A DNA stretch of 64,000 nucleotides from Dehalococcoidia bacterium (GCA_028279505.1 JANQNP010000042.1:93-64092); one strand, 5' to 3'; counted from the stretch's first letter, positions 18,151 to 28,136 are shown. Notes: generated by a model from the sequence alone, not told the origin. Numbers and translations: made by a program.

Positions 18151-18641
18151 CTGGGATTGCGGTGCTCGAGGACGTCAACGCGGTTGCGGGGGTCGAGACC
18201 TTGGAGGGCGATATCGGACCGCTGCTCCGAGCGGCACGTGGGGGCGCTCACTTCATCCGCATGCATCCCGGGATGTACCTCGAGGAGCACGCGCACGAGA
18301 CCGAGAGTCTGATCTACACCGTCTCGGGACGCTGGGTGCTCTGCTCCGGTGGCGAGCGCCGGGTGATGCCCGCGGGCAGTCTCTTCTGGTTCGGCGACAA
18401 CGTGCCGACGGGCTACGAGCTGCCCTTCGACGAGGACGCTTACCTGTTGATCTTCAAGCCGGGCGAGCGGCCTAGCGACGACGAGTTCGTCGAGTACCTG
18501 ACCGGCATGGCCGCGGAGCTCGTCGACCAGCAGGCGTCGGGCACGGCGTTCAGCTTCGATGCCCTCCCTGACGACCATCCGGCGCGCGTCTTCGCGCGCA
18601 CCCTCGAGGGCAACAACCTCGGTGAGGATGGCGGCGAGTAG
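18147..18641 (+). CDS. Cupin-domain protein, last gene of the operon
   Basis: ATG 18147 overlaps upstream TGA. His-rich cupin motif region (MHPGMYLEEHAHETESLIY...G). The operon ends at a strong hairpin. Confidence 0.6.
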   Translation: MTGIAVLEDVNAVAGVETLEGDIGPLLRAARGGAHFIRMHPGMYLEEHAHETESLIYTVSGRWVLCSGGERRVMPAGSLFWFGDNVPTGYELPFDEDAYLLIFKPGERPSDDEFVEYLTGMAAELVDQQASGTAFSFDALPDDHPARVFARTLEGNNLGEDGGE

Positions 18642-18781
18642 CCAGCCCCGTATACCGGGAACCGATCGTCATCGTTCACCGCCGGCAGAGGACAGCGCCG
18701 AGCCTGGAGCGAACCCGGCTGGTGGTTGGAGCGGGAAGACCGCCGGCCGATTGGACTCGGTCCGGTCGGCTGGGAGCAAGA

Positions 18782-18812
18782 GGACCCGGCCACCCCTTAG
18801 GTGGCCGGGTCC
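18782..18812. terminator. Perfect 13-bp stem / 5-nt loop hairpin between convergent genes (bidirectional terminator candidate)
   Basis: GGACCCGGCCACC ccta GGTGGCCGGGTCC lies between the cupin gene (+) and the SBP gene (-). Confidence 0.5.
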
Positions 18813-18843
18813 TGACTACTTGCGGCGTGGCTCCGGTGGAGCG

Positions 18844-20523
18844 CTAGTCGTCGATCCAGACCTCGTTCAGGCTGATGAACCAGGACTGGGGCTGGACGAA
18901 GCCCTTCACCTTCGGCGAGAGCGCCCGGAAGTTGAGGTCGTGCACGGTCACGAGGACCGGCGCGTCCTTCATCATCGTGGACTGGAACTCGGCGAGGATG
19001 GAATCCTGCTCCACCTTGTCGAAGCTGGCGGCCGCCGCGTAGTAGAGCGCGTCGACGTCCGGGTTGTCGTAGCCCGGCTGGTTGCAGCAGCCATCCGGCG
19101 GGATGAAGTCGCTGACGTAGAGCCGCCACCCGGTCGGGGCGACCGGCGCGAGTGAGATGTACGACATGTCGTACTGCTCCCAATCGGGGTGCTGGAAGCC
19201 CTGACGCAGCGCGGTGATGATGTTGTTCCACTCGATCGGGATCAGCTCGAGCTCGATCCCGACGGCGTCGAGGTCTTGCTTCAGCTTCTCGTTCATCGGA
19301 CCGGGGAACATGTTCCCGGAGCCGCCGGTCGGGTAGATCAGGCTCAGCTCAACGCCGCCGTCCGGGAATCCGGCCTCGGCGAGGAGGTCCCTCGCCCGCT
19401 GTGGGTCGTAGCTGTAGCCCTCCCAGCTCTCGTCGTACCAGGGGTGGCCCGGGTACATGTACTGAGTCGCGGGGAAGCCGACGTTGTTGATCAGCGTCGA
19501 GGTGCCCTCACGGTCGACGGCGTAGTTCAGCGCCTGGCGGATCAGCGGGTCCTGGAGCGGCCCGTTGTGCAGGTTGAGCTGGTACGTGATGACGTGTGGG
19601 TACTCCTTGAGCAGGACCTGGAAGTCCTGGGCCTCGAGGAGGTCGAGCGCGTCGGGGGGCGGCAGCTCCGCCCAGTCGATGTCGCCGGCCTGCAGCGCCG
19701 CGAGGCGGGTCGCCGGCTCGGGCATCGGGTAGAGCTCGATCCTGTCGAGCTTGGGGCGACCGCCCCAGTAGTCCTCGAAGGCGGTCAGCTCCATGATCTG
19801 GCCGTCGATGTACTCGGTCATCACGAACGGGCCGGTGCCAGTCGCGCTCTTGATGTAGTCGTCATTGCCGGCCTCCATCACCGCTTCCGGGCTGGGGAAG
19901 TAGATGTAAGCGAGGTCGTACGGCAGGAACGAGTAGGGCACGGCCGTGGAGATCTCGATGGTGTAGTCGTCGAGCATCGCGATCTCTTCGATCTGCGCGA
20001 GGCTCGAGGCGTTCGAAGCGGCGAGGCTGCTGTCGTAGTACTCGAAGTCCTCGTCACGGAGCCGGCTGAACTGGAACATGACGTCTTCGGCCTCGAAGGT
20101 CGTGCCGTCGTGGAAGACGACGTCCTCGCGGAGCTTGAACGTCCAGGTGAGCTGGTCCTCGGAGATCTCGTAGGACTCGGCGAGGGCGGGCACCGGCTCG
20201 GGTACCTCGTCGCCCTGCTCGACGGTCCAGCGGAAGAGTCCGTCGTAGATCTGATAGCCGACGAAGCGGCGTCCCTCGAAGCCCTCGTTGGGTGGGGTGT
20301 TCGGGAACGGGATGTTCCCGGCGGTCATCCCGATGCGGAGCACGCCGCCGCTGCCGCTGGTATCGGGGGTGGCGGCGACGGTTGGATCGCCGGTGCCGGT
20401 GTCGGCGGTTGCCGTGATGGTGTCGTCTCCGCCGTCGTCGCTGCCGCCACAGGCGATCAGCAACGCTCCGACCACGAGGGTCGCGAGGAACAGCGGAACC
20501 GCGCGCCACGTCTTGAAGCGCAT
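18844..20523 (-). CDS. ABC transporter substrate-binding lipoprotein, family 5 (peptide/nickel type)
   Basis: ATG at 20523 is preceded by GAGGGA. Lipoprotein signal (MRFKTWRAVPLFLATLVVGALLIACGGSDDGGDD). The tool ORF extends 63 codons further upstream without signal-peptide logic. Confidence 0.8.
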   Translation of the reverse strand: MRFKTWRAVPLFLATLVVGALLIACGGSDDGGDDTITATADTGTGDPTVAATPDTSGSGGVLRIGMTAGNIPFPNTPPNEGFEGRRFVGYQIYDGLFRWTVEQGDEVPEPVPALAESYEISEDQLTWTFKLREDVVFHDGTTFEAEDVMFQFSRLRDEDFEYYDSSLAASNASSLAQIEEIAMLDDYTIEISTAVPYSFLPYDLAYIYFPSPEAVMEAGNDDYIKSATGTGPFVMTEYIDGQIMELTAFEDYWGGRPKLDRIELYPMPEPATRLAALQAGDIDWAELPPPDALDLLEAQDFQVLLKEYPHVITYQLNLHNGPLQDPLIRQALNYAVDREGTSTLINNVGFPATQYMYPGHPWYDESWEGYSYDPQRARDLLAEAGFPDGGVELSLIYPTGGSGNMFPGPMNEKLKQDLDAVGIELELIPIEWNNIITALRQGFQHPDWEQYDMSYISLAPVAPTGWRLYVSDFIPPDGCCNQPGYDNPDVDALYYAAAASFDKVEQDSILAEFQSTMMKDAPVLVTVHDLNFRALSPKVKGFVQPQSWFISLNEVWIDD

Positions 20524-20648
20524 GCCAGTCCCTCTTCTCTTACGCACCCCCGTCCCTGGCGGGAGCCGCGATGCGGGGAACTCTAGGCAGCGCCGTTTGC
20601 CGCCTCGTGACCGCGGAATGAAGTCGCGGTGAATGCGAAGTCTCGGTT

Positions 20649-20725
20649 GCGTTCCCCGACGGTTCCGGGGCGGTTCCTCGGCGGTTCCGGTACTGTTCCT
20701 CGCCAGTTCCATGCGGGTTCAGCGG
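20649..20725. repeat. Array of 6-7 tandem 11-bp direct repeats (consensus cGGTTCCncgg) in a divergent promoter region
   Basis: GTTCC occurs at 20651, 20662, 20673, 20684, 20695 and 20706 with exactly 11-bp spacing. A seventh degenerate unit (GGTTCA) is at 20716. The array lies between the divergent SBP gene (-) and the ABC ATPase gene (+). Confidence 0.5.
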
Positions 20726-20975
20726 CGCTTGCCGCGACCCTTCGCGGACGGGACGTCGCCGCAACGTGGCGCTGACGCGCCGACGACCGAGGCGTGACGA
20801 ACAGGCAAGGGCCGGGCAACGAGCGAGCAATCGCCGGGCAACGGACCGGTCATCTGCTCTTCATCGGGCGGTCACCGCGGCGACACCGCCCGCCTCTAGC
20901 GTCGACTCCACGTCACCGAGAGCACGCGCCGCGGCCACGACCGTCGAGCGCGCGGAGTCAGCCGTGGAGGTCCAG

Positions 20976-22025
20976 ATGGCCGTGACCGCCGTACCCGAGC
21001 GCACCGCCCGTCAGCAGCCGCGACCCTCGGTCGGCTCGGTTGCATCGAGCGCGCCCGCGCCGCTGTTGCAGGTGGAAGGACTGAAGACGCAGTTCCCGAC
21101 GCGCGGCGGGTGGCTGACCGCCGTGAACGAGGTGTCGTTCGAGCTGGCGCCGGGCACGGTGCTCGGGGTCCTCGGCGAGTCGGGCTCGGGGAAGAGCGCG
21201 ATGCTGCGGACGATCCTGGGACTGCAGCCGAAGTCGGCGCGGATCAGCGGGGAGGTGATCCTCGAGGGACGCGACCTGATCGCGATGTCAGCTCGGGAAC
21301 GCGCGGCGATGCGCGGCTCCTCGGTGTCGATGGTGTTCCAGGACCCGATGACCGCGCTCGACCCCGTCTTCTCGGTCGAGCAGCAGCTCGTGGAGACGAT
21401 CCGACGCCACCACCCGATGTCTGGGGAGGAGGCGCGCGGGCGGGCACTCGAGCTGCTGCACCTCGTGCAGATCCCGTCGCCCGAGCGGCGGCTGAAGGCG
21501 TACCCGTACGAGCTCTCGGGCGGGATGCGACAGCGGATCGTGATCGCGATGGCGTTGGTCTCCAACCCGACGCTGCTGCTGGCGGACGAACCGACGACCG
21601 CCCTCGATGTGACGGTGCAGGCACGGGTGCTCGACCTCTTCCATGAGCTCAAGGGGCGCGAGGGGATGAGCATCATCTTCGTCACGCACGACCTGTCGGT
21701 CGCCGCGGAGATCGCGGATGAGATCGCGGTGATGTACGCGGGCCGGATCGTCGAGCAAGGCAGCGTCGAGGAGCTGGTGCGCAGTCCGCAGCACCCGTAC
21801 ACGCGCGGGTTGCTCGAGGCGAACGTGCGCCCCGGTCAGGCCGATCGGCCGGAGGCGATCCGTGGCGCGCCGCCCAACCTCGCGAACCTGCCGCCGGGCT
21901 GCTCGTTCGCGCCGCGCTGCGACCTCGTGGAGGACGCGTGCTGGTCGGCGCTGCCCGAGCCGGTGCACGTGTCGGCAAGCCACTTCGCGCGCTGCCGGCT
22001 CGTCACCGCGAGTGAGTCGAACTGA
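20976..22025 (+). CDS. ABC transporter ATP-binding protein (DppD-like)
   Basis: ATG 20976 (MAVTAVPER...LLQVEGLKTQF). Walker A (GESGSGKS), signature (LSGGMRQRIVIAMA), C-terminal CxxxxC oligopeptide-type tail. Confidence 0.75.
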   Translation: MAVTAVPERTARQQPRPSVGSVASSAPAPLLQVEGLKTQFPTRGGWLTAVNEVSFELAPGTVLGVLGESGSGKSAMLRTILGLQPKSARISGEVILEGRDLIAMSARERAAMRGSSVSMVFQDPMTALDPVFSVEQQLVETIRRHHPMSGEEARGRALELLHLVQIPSPERRLKAYPYELSGGMRQRIVIAMALVSNPTLLLADEPTTALDVTVQARVLDLFHELKGREGMSIIFVTHDLSVAAEIADEIAVMYAGRIVEQGSVEELVRSPQHPYTRGLLEANVRPGQADRPEAIRGAPPNLANLPPGCSFAPRCDLVEDACWSALPEPVHVSASHFARCRLVTASESN

Positions 22026-22969
22026 TGGCGACGATCATTGGGCGCCGCGTCGCGATGGCGATCCCGACGTTGTTCGGGGTGTCGATCCTGATCTGGCTGC
22101 TGCTCTCGATCCTGCCGGGCGATCCGCTGGCGTTCCTGTTGCCGCAGGACGCGACGCCAGCCGACCGCGAACAACTCTCCGCGGACCTCGGTCTCGATCG
22201 GCCGCTGGTCGTCCGCTACGTGAGCTGGGTCGGCGACGTGATGACCGGGGACTTCGGCTACTCGCCGTTCCGTCGCCGCGACGTGTCCGAGCTGATCGCA
22301 ACCGCGTGGACGAACACCGCGATCCTCGCGGGGGTCTCGGCGGTGTTCGGTCTGACGATCGGTGTCGCCGCCGGGACGCTGGCCGGTGTCTACCGAGGCT
22401 CGCTGATCGACCGGGCCGTGACCGGGCTCGCGATCGTGGGCCTGAGCGTGCCGTCGTTCTGGATCGGGATCTTGCTGCTGATCCTGTTCTCGGCGCAGTG
22501 GGGGCTCTTACCCGCCGGCGGCATCGGGTCGCTCGAGGATGGCTATCTCGATTACGCCAAACACTTAGTGATGCCGGTGATCGCCGGCTCGCTGATCACG
22601 ATCGCGATCACGGCGCGGGTGACGCGCGCCAGCATCGTGGAGACCTACCAGCTCGAGTTCGTCGACCTGCTGCGGGCGAAGGGGCTGCGCGAGTACCAGG
22701 TGCTGCTCCACGTCTCGAAGAACGCGATGTCGCCGGTGCTGACCACGGCGGGGCTGCAGATCGGCTACCTCCTCGGCGGGTCGGTGCTGATCGAGACGAT
22801 CTTCTCGTGGCCGGGCCTCGGACAGCTGGTGTTCAACGCGATCAGCGCGCGCGACCTGCTGGTGGTGCAGGCGACGACGCTGGTGATCGCGGTGACGTTC
22901 GTCCTGCTCAACCTCGCGGTCGACATCCTGCAGATCGCGTTCGACCCACGACAGAAGGCGGCCGGGTGA
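22025..22969 (+). CDS. ABC transporter permease (DppB-like)
   Basis: ATG overlaps the upstream TGA. Polytopic permease with EAA-type loop. Confidence 0.85.
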   Translation: MATIIGRRVAMAIPTLFGVSILIWLLLSILPGDPLAFLLPQDATPADREQLSADLGLDRPLVVRYVSWVGDVMTGDFGYSPFRRRDVSELIATAWTNTAILAGVSAVFGLTIGVAAGTLAGVYRGSLIDRAVTGLAIVGLSVPSFWIGILLLILFSAQWGLLPAGGIGSLEDGYLDYAKHLVMPVIAGSLITIAITARVTRASIVETYQLEFVDLLRAKGLREYQVLLHVSKNAMSPVLTTAGLQIGYLLGGSVLIETIFSWPGLGQLVFNAISARDLLVVQATTLVIAVTFVLLNLAVDILQIAFDPRQKAAG

Positions 22970-23008
22970 TGGCAGCCCAAGTAGGGGCCGGCGGGCGGGA
23001 GGCCAGCG

Positions 23009-23923
23009 ATGGCAACTGATGCGATGACGACCGACGCTGCCGCGCTCGCGCGGCAGTGGATGGACGCGGATGCACCGGCGTCGCCGGAGTCGTACCTCCA
23101 GGCCGGCCGGCGGCGGTTCCTGCGGAACCGCGTGGGTCTCGCAGCCCTCGGTGTGCTCGGGTTGCTGGTGGTGACGGCGGTCGCCGCGCCGGTACTGACG
23201 ACGTACGACCCGAACGTGGGTGTGCCCGCAGACCGGCTGCTGCCGATCGGTGCGGACGGCCACCTCGTCGGCACCGACGAGCAGGGCCGGGACATGCTGA
23301 CGCGGCTGTTCTACGGCGGGCGGCTGTCGCTGATCGCGGGCCTGACGCCGGTGCTGATCGCGACGGTGATCGGCACGTTCCTCGGATCAATCGCCGGGTA
23401 CCTCGGCGGGTGGGTCGCGGCGATCGTGATGCGGACGATGGACATGTTCTACGCGTTCCCGGCTGTGCTGCTGGCGATCGCGATCTCGGCGTCACTGGGG
23501 CCGGGCCTCGTCAACGTGATCATCTCGATGACAATCATCTACATCGCGCCGATCGCGCGGGTGGCGGAGGCGGCGACGCGGAAGATCGTGACGGCCGAGT
23601 TCATCGAGGCGGCGCGGCTGACCGGCGCGGGGACGCCGCGGATCATCGCGACGCAGGTGCTGGCGAACATCTTCAGCCCAATCTTCGTCTACGCCTCGGG
23701 GCTGGTCGGGCTGTCGATCGTGATCGCCGCGAGCCTGTCGTTCCTCGGGCTTGGCGTGAAGCCGCCCGACGCGGAGTGGGGCTTCATGCTCAACAGCCTG
23801 CGGGGAACGATCTACGTGAACCCGTGGGTGGCGGCGCTGCCCGGGCTGTTCATCTTCGCCACTTCGATCTCGTTCAACATGCTCGCCGACGCGCTACGTG
23901 ACGCGCTCGACGTGAAGGACTAA
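23009..23923 (+). CDS. ABC transporter permease (DppC-like)
   Basis: ATG 23009; N-terminal helix and permease core. Confidence 0.85.
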   Translation: MATDAMTTDAAALARQWMDADAPASPESYLQAGRRRFLRNRVGLAALGVLGLLVVTAVAAPVLTTYDPNVGVPADRLLPIGADGHLVGTDEQGRDMLTRLFYGGRLSLIAGLTPVLIATVIGTFLGSIAGYLGGWVAAIVMRTMDMFYAFPAVLLAIAISASLGPGLVNVIISMTIIYIAPIARVAEAATRKIVTAEFIEAARLTGAGTPRIIATQVLANIFSPIFVYASGLVGLSIVIAASLSFLGLGVKPPDAEWGFMLNSLRGTIYVNPWVAALPGLFIFATSISFNMLADALRDALDVKD

Positions 23924-23955
23924 CCCCGCCCGAAACCGCGGATCAGGAGCCGACC

Positions 23956-25008
23956 GTGACCACGACCGCCCTCGAACGACACGCCACCGCCGACGAACCT
24001 GGCCGCCCGCCGCTGTTGGAGGTGAAGGGCGTCAGCAAGCGGTTTCCGGTCCGGCTCGGGCTGATGAAGAAGGGGTACGTCTCGGCGGTGGAGGACCTGT
24101 CCTTCACGGTGAAGCCGGGCACCACCTTCGGCATCGTCGGCGAGTCGGGATGCGGCAAGTCGACCGCGGCGCGACTGATCCTCGGGTTGTTCGACGTCGA
24201 CGCGGGCGATGTGCTCTTCGAAGGCCGCAACGTGGTGAGCGCGCGACGGATGCCCAACATCAAGGAGGACAGCCGTGCCCTGCGCAAGCACATGCAGATG
24301 GTCTTCCAGGATCCGCATTCGGCGCTCAACCCGCGTGCCTCGATCGGGGAGATCGTCTCGTTCCCGATGAAGGTGCACGGCTACCCGAAGGACGAGCGCC
24401 GCGAGCGGACGCAATGGCTCCTGGAACAGGTGGGGCTGCACGCGAACCACGCGTCGTACTACCCGCACCAGCTCAGCGGCGGGCAGCGGCAGCGCGTGAA
24501 CATCGCGCGGGCGCTCGCGCTCTCGCCGAAGCTCGTCGTCTGCGACGAGGCGGTGTCCGCCCTCGACAAGTCGGTGCAGGCGCAGGTGCTGAACCTGCTG
24601 CAGGACCTGCAGGCCGAGCTGGGGCTGACGTACCTGTTCATCAGCCACGACCTGAACGTGGTGCAGTACGTGAGCGACGAGGTGCTGGTGATGTACCTCG
24701 GGCAGGCGGTCGAGGTGACCTCGGCGGAGCGGCTGTACGCCGAGCCGTTGCACCCGTACTCGCAGGCGCTGCTCGCCTCGATCCCGAAGATCGGGCTCGA
24801 CGACGAGCCCTCGGTGGAGGCGCCGCGCCTCGAGGGGGAGCTGCCGAGCCCGCTCGATCCGCCCTCGGGCTGTCGCTTCCGGACGCGGTGCCCGGTCGCG
24901 ATGGACGTCTGCGCCGAGGAGCGCCCGCCGATGGTCGAGGCGGCGCCGGAGCACCACGTCGCCTGCCACCTCTATTCCGAGGGCTCGGTGGAACCGCTCG
25001 CGATCTGA
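23956..25008 (+). CDS. ABC transporter ATP-binding protein (DppF-like)
   Basis: GTG 23956 is preceded by GGAG. Walker A (GESGCGKST), signature ([14 protein letters not shown]), C-terminal Cys motif (GCRFRTRCPVAMDVC). Confidence 0.85.
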   Translation: MTTTALERHATADEPGRPPLLEVKGVSKRFPVRLGLMKKGYVSAVEDLSFTVKPGTTFGIVGESGCGKSTAARLILGLFDVDAGDVLFEGRNVVSARRMPNIKEDSRALRKHMQMVFQDPHSALNPRASIGEIVSFPMKVHGYPKDERRERTQWLLEQVGLHANHASYYPHQLSGGQRQRVNIARALALSPKLVVCDEAVSALDKSVQAQVLNLLQDLQAELGLTYLFISHDLNVVQYVSDEVLVMYLGQAVEVTSAERLYAEPLHPYSQALLASIPKIGLDDEPSVEAPRLEGELPSPLDPPSGCRFRTRCPVAMDVCAEERPPMVEAAPEHHVACHLYSEGSVEPLAI

Positions 25009-25070
25009 CCGCGACGCGATCCCGCCCGACCCGCGATTCGATATGCCAGCCGTCCGAGAAGGGAATCCGA

Positions 25071-25283
25071 ATGCCAGTGCCAGAGAACGTCGAAGCCGCC
25101 GTGCGGGGGATGGTCGATGCCGCGGGGTTGCCTGTCAGCGAGGAGGAGTTCGACTCCTTCGTTGCGATGTACCCGACGCTCCGGGAGGCCGCCGATGGCC
25201 TCTATATAGAGGACGTGCGCTACGAGGAGCCGGCGCTCATCTTCACGCCCGTTGCTCCAACGCCGGCCGCGGTCAAGGAGTAA
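25071..25283 (+). CDS. Small (70 aa) GatC-like / AtzG-like protein. Candidate small subunit for the downstream amidases.
   Basis: ATG 25071 is preceded by GAAGGGAA. Acidic helical protein with a GatC-like pattern (L-PVSEEEFDSFVAMYPTLREAADGLYIEDVRYEEPA). Its TAA is 5 nt before the amidase GTG. Confidence 0.45.
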   Translation: MPVPENVEAAVRGMVDAAGLPVSEEEFDSFVAMYPTLREAADGLYIEDVRYEEPALIFTPVAPTPAAVKE

Positions 25284-25287
25284 GGCG

Positions 25288-26700
25288 GTGACACTCCCAG
25301 ACACGATCGAAGCGGCAGCCACCGCGCTGCGCGCGGGCGAGGTCACGAGCGTCGAACTGACCGAGGAGGCGCTCCGGAAGATCGAGGCGATGAACGACGA
25401 CGTCGGCGCGTTCATCGCCGTGAGCGAGAGGGCGATGGAGCAGGCTGCACGCGCCGATGCCGGCCTCGCGGCGGGCGTTGACCGGGGTCCGCTCCAGGGC
25501 ATCCCGTTCGGACTGAAGGACATCCTCGCAACGAAGGACCAGCCGTCGACGGCGAACTCGCTCGTGCTCGACCCGGCGTGGGGTGACGGCTACGACGCCG
25601 TCGTCAGCGAGCGCGTGCGCGCGGCCGGCGCCGTCATCATGGGCAAGCTCGTCCTCTCCGAGTTCGCCCTCGGGCCTCCCGATGAGGAGAAGCCGTTCCC
25701 GATCCCGAGGAACCCGTGGGCGCTCGATCGGACGCCGGGTGGATCGTCCTCGGGGACAGGCATCGCCGTCTCGACTGGGATGGTGCTGGGCGGCCTCGGG
25801 ACGGACACGGGCGGGTCGGTGCGGTTCCCGGCCGCGTACTGCGGGCACACGGGGCTGAAGGTCACCTACGGGCGCGTGCCGAAGTGGGGCTGCGTCCCGC
25901 TGGGCTACTCGCTCGACTCGATCGGGCCGATGGCGCGGTCGGCCTACGACTGCGCCGCGATCCTTGACGTGATCGCGGGGCCCGACGCGCGCGACGTGAC
26001 CGCTTCGACGGCGCCCGGTGAGGACTACCTCGGGGGGATCGACCGCAGCGTCGAGGGGCTGACGATCGGGGTGCCGCGGGCCTACTTCTTCGACCACGAG
26101 CAGCTCGACTCCGAGATGCAGGCGGCGACGGAGGCGGTGATCGCCGCGCTTGCCGACCTCGGCGCGCGGATCGTCGAAATCGAGCTGCCGCACTCCGACC
26201 TGGCGAAGGAGGCGAACACGCTGACGATGGTCAGCGAGGCGTTCGCCTACCACCGCACGGACATGGCGAGCGAGCGGTGGACGGACTATGGCGCGAAGAC
26301 GCGGATGATCATCGCGCGCGGCGCCTTCTACTCGGCGGCCGACTACGTGCAGGCCCAGCGGTTCCGGAGCTGGTACGCGAAGGCGGCCGCCTCGGTGATG
26401 GCGGAGGTCGACGCGTTGATCACGCCGACGATCATCGAGCCGGCCGCGCTCTCCGCCGAGAACGACCTCGCGAAGCGGCTGACGCAGCCGAGCTACACGG
26501 GGCCGTTCAACCTGCTGGGGTACCCGGCGCTGGCGCTGCCCTCGGGCTTCTCGTCTGACCTCGGACTGCCGCTGTCGGCGCAGATCGTCGGCGCGCCGAT
26601 GTCAGAGGCGCTGCTGCTGCGGATCGGACACGCCTACCAGCAGCAGACCGACTGGCACCTGCAGTACCCGACCGGGGTCCTCGAGGGGAGCGTCGCATGA
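25288..26700 (+). CDS. Amidase-signature family enzyme (GatA-like amidase), paralog 1
   Basis: GTG 25288 is preceded by AAGGAG. Amidase-signature Gly/Ser-rich block (PGGSSSGTGIAVSTGMVLGGLGTDTGGSVRFPAAYCG). Confidence 0.8.
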   Translation: MTLPDTIEAAATALRAGEVTSVELTEEALRKIEAMNDDVGAFIAVSERAMEQAARADAGLAAGVDRGPLQGIPFGLKDILATKDQPSTANSLVLDPAWGDGYDAVVSERVRAAGAVIMGKLVLSEFALGPPDEEKPFPIPRNPWALDRTPGGSSSGTGIAVSTGMVLGGLGTDTGGSVRFPAAYCGHTGLKVTYGRVPKWGCVPLGYSLDSIGPMARSAYDCAAILDVIAGPDARDVTASTAPGEDYLGGIDRSVEGLTIGVPRAYFFDHEQLDSEMQAATEAVIAALADLGARIVEIELPHSDLAKEANTLTMVSEAFAYHRTDMASERWTDYGAKTRMIIARGAFYSAADYVQAQRFRSWYAKAAASVMAEVDALITPTIIEPAALSAENDLAKRLTQPSYTGPFNLLGYPALALPSGFSSDLGLPLSAQIVGAPMSEALLLRIGHAYQQQTDWHLQYPTGVLEGSVA

Positions 26701-28109
26701 CGGAGATCCCACTCACGATCACGGATGCGGCGGCGGCGATGCGCGCGGGGACGCTGACGAGCCTCGAGCTGGTCGAAGCCTGCTTCGCGCATGCCGACGC
26801 GCTGGACGGGGAGCTCGGGGTCTATCTCCACCGGCTCGACGACGACGCACGAGCCGCGGCGCGGGCGGCCGACGAGGAGCTGGCCGCCGGGACCGATCGC
26901 GGTCCGCTGCACGGGATCCCGATCGGCATCAAGGACATCATCGCAACCAACGAGGCGCCGACCACCGCGCAGAGCCTCGTGCTCGACCCGGCGTGGGGGG
27001 CTCAGGGCGATGCGCCTGTAGTGGCCCGGCTGCGCGAGGCGGGCGCGATCGTGATGGGTAAGACCTCGACGATGGAGTTCGCGATCGGGATGCCGGACGC
27101 GTCGAAGCCGTTCCCGGTGCCGCGGAATCCGTGGAACACGGACACGTGGCCCGGTGGATCTTCATCCGGTAGCGGCGCCGGCGTGGCGGCCGGATTCTTC
27201 CTCGGGGCGCTGGGGACGGACACCGGTGGCTCGGTGCGGATCCCGGCCGCGTTCTGCGGCATCAGCGGGATGAAGCAGACCTTCGGCCGCGTCCCGAAGT
27301 CCGGCTGCGCGCCGCTCGGCTACTCGCTCGACCACATCGGCCCGCTGACTCGGAGCGCGCGCGACTGCGCGGCGATGCTCGGGGTGATGGCGGGTGCTGA
27401 CGCCTCGGATCCGACGACCGCGGACGTGCCGGTGCCGGACTACCTCGCGGCGCTGACCGGAAGCGTCGAGGGCCTGCGCATCGGCGTAGAGCGGGCGAAC
27501 CACCTCGATGCTCCGGGGGTGCTCCCGGAGGCGGTGGAGGCGTTCGAGGCGGCGGTGAGCTGGTTCGCCGGTGCGGGCGCGATCCTCGATGAGGTGGAGA
27601 TTTCTCGGTACGAGGCGATCCGGAACGTCGGTCTGATCACGATGCGGGGCGAGGCGAACTCGTACCACCAGAGCGACCTGCAGTCACGCTGGAGCGACTA
27701 CGGCATGTACACGAACCGTTTCGTCGCCGGCGGGGCGTTGGTGTCGGCCTCGGACTACGTCCAGGCACAGCGATTCCGCAGCCTGGCGCGCGAGCAGATG
27801 GCGGCGCTGATGAAGCCGTTCGACGTGCTGATCATGCCGACCGCCGGGATGGGGGCGCCACTCGTCGAGGGCCTCGACGACACCTCGTTCATGGGGTGGC
27901 CGGTGTTCACACCGTTCTGGAATCCGCTGGGGCTGCCGGTGCTCTCGGTGCCGATGGGGTTCACGAACGACGGGCTTCCGCTGTCGCTGCAGATCGCCGG
28001 CAAACCGTTCGATGAGGCGACGGTCTTCCGCGTCGCCGATGCGTTCCAGCAGGCGACGGATCACCATCTGCAGGTGCCGTCGCTGGTGTCAGGTGCGGTC
28101 ACCGTCTAA
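26697..28109 (+). CDS. Amidase-signature family enzyme (GatA-like amidase), paralog 2
   Basis: ATGA overlap with paralog 1. Signature block (PGGSSSGSGAGVAAGFFLGALGTDTGGSVRIPAAFCG). Roughly half of residues are identical to paralog 1 by eye. Confidence 0.8.
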   Translation: MTEIPLTITDAAAAMRAGTLTSLELVEACFAHADALDGELGVYLHRLDDDARAAARAADEELAAGTDRGPLHGIPIGIKDIIATNEAPTTAQSLVLDPAWGAQGDAPVVARLREAGAIVMGKTSTMEFAIGMPDASKPFPVPRNPWNTDTWPGGSSSGSGAGVAAGFFLGALGTDTGGSVRIPAAFCGISGMKQTFGRVPKSGCAPLGYSLDHIGPLTRSARDCAAMLGVMAGADASDPTTADVPVPDYLAALTGSVEGLRIGVERANHLDAPGVLPEAVEAFEAAVSWFAGAGAILDEVEISRYEAIRNVGLITMRGEANSYHQSDLQSRWSDYGMYTNRFVAGGALVSASDYVQAQRFRSLAREQMAALMKPFDVLIMPTAGMGAPLVEGLDDTSFMGWPVFTPFWNPLGLPVLSVPMGFTNDGLPLSLQIAGKPFDEATVFRVADAFQQATDHHLQVPSLVSGAVTV

Positions 28110-28136
28110 GCCCTCCTCCCGCGGGGACCGACACCG

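Noticed and set aside
20649-20725. Considered whether the 11-bp GTTCC repeats are a CRISPR array or minisatellite
   Set aside because: Units are only 11 bp with no spacers of CRISPR size, and no cas genes are nearby. A regulatory direct-repeat array is the better interpretation.
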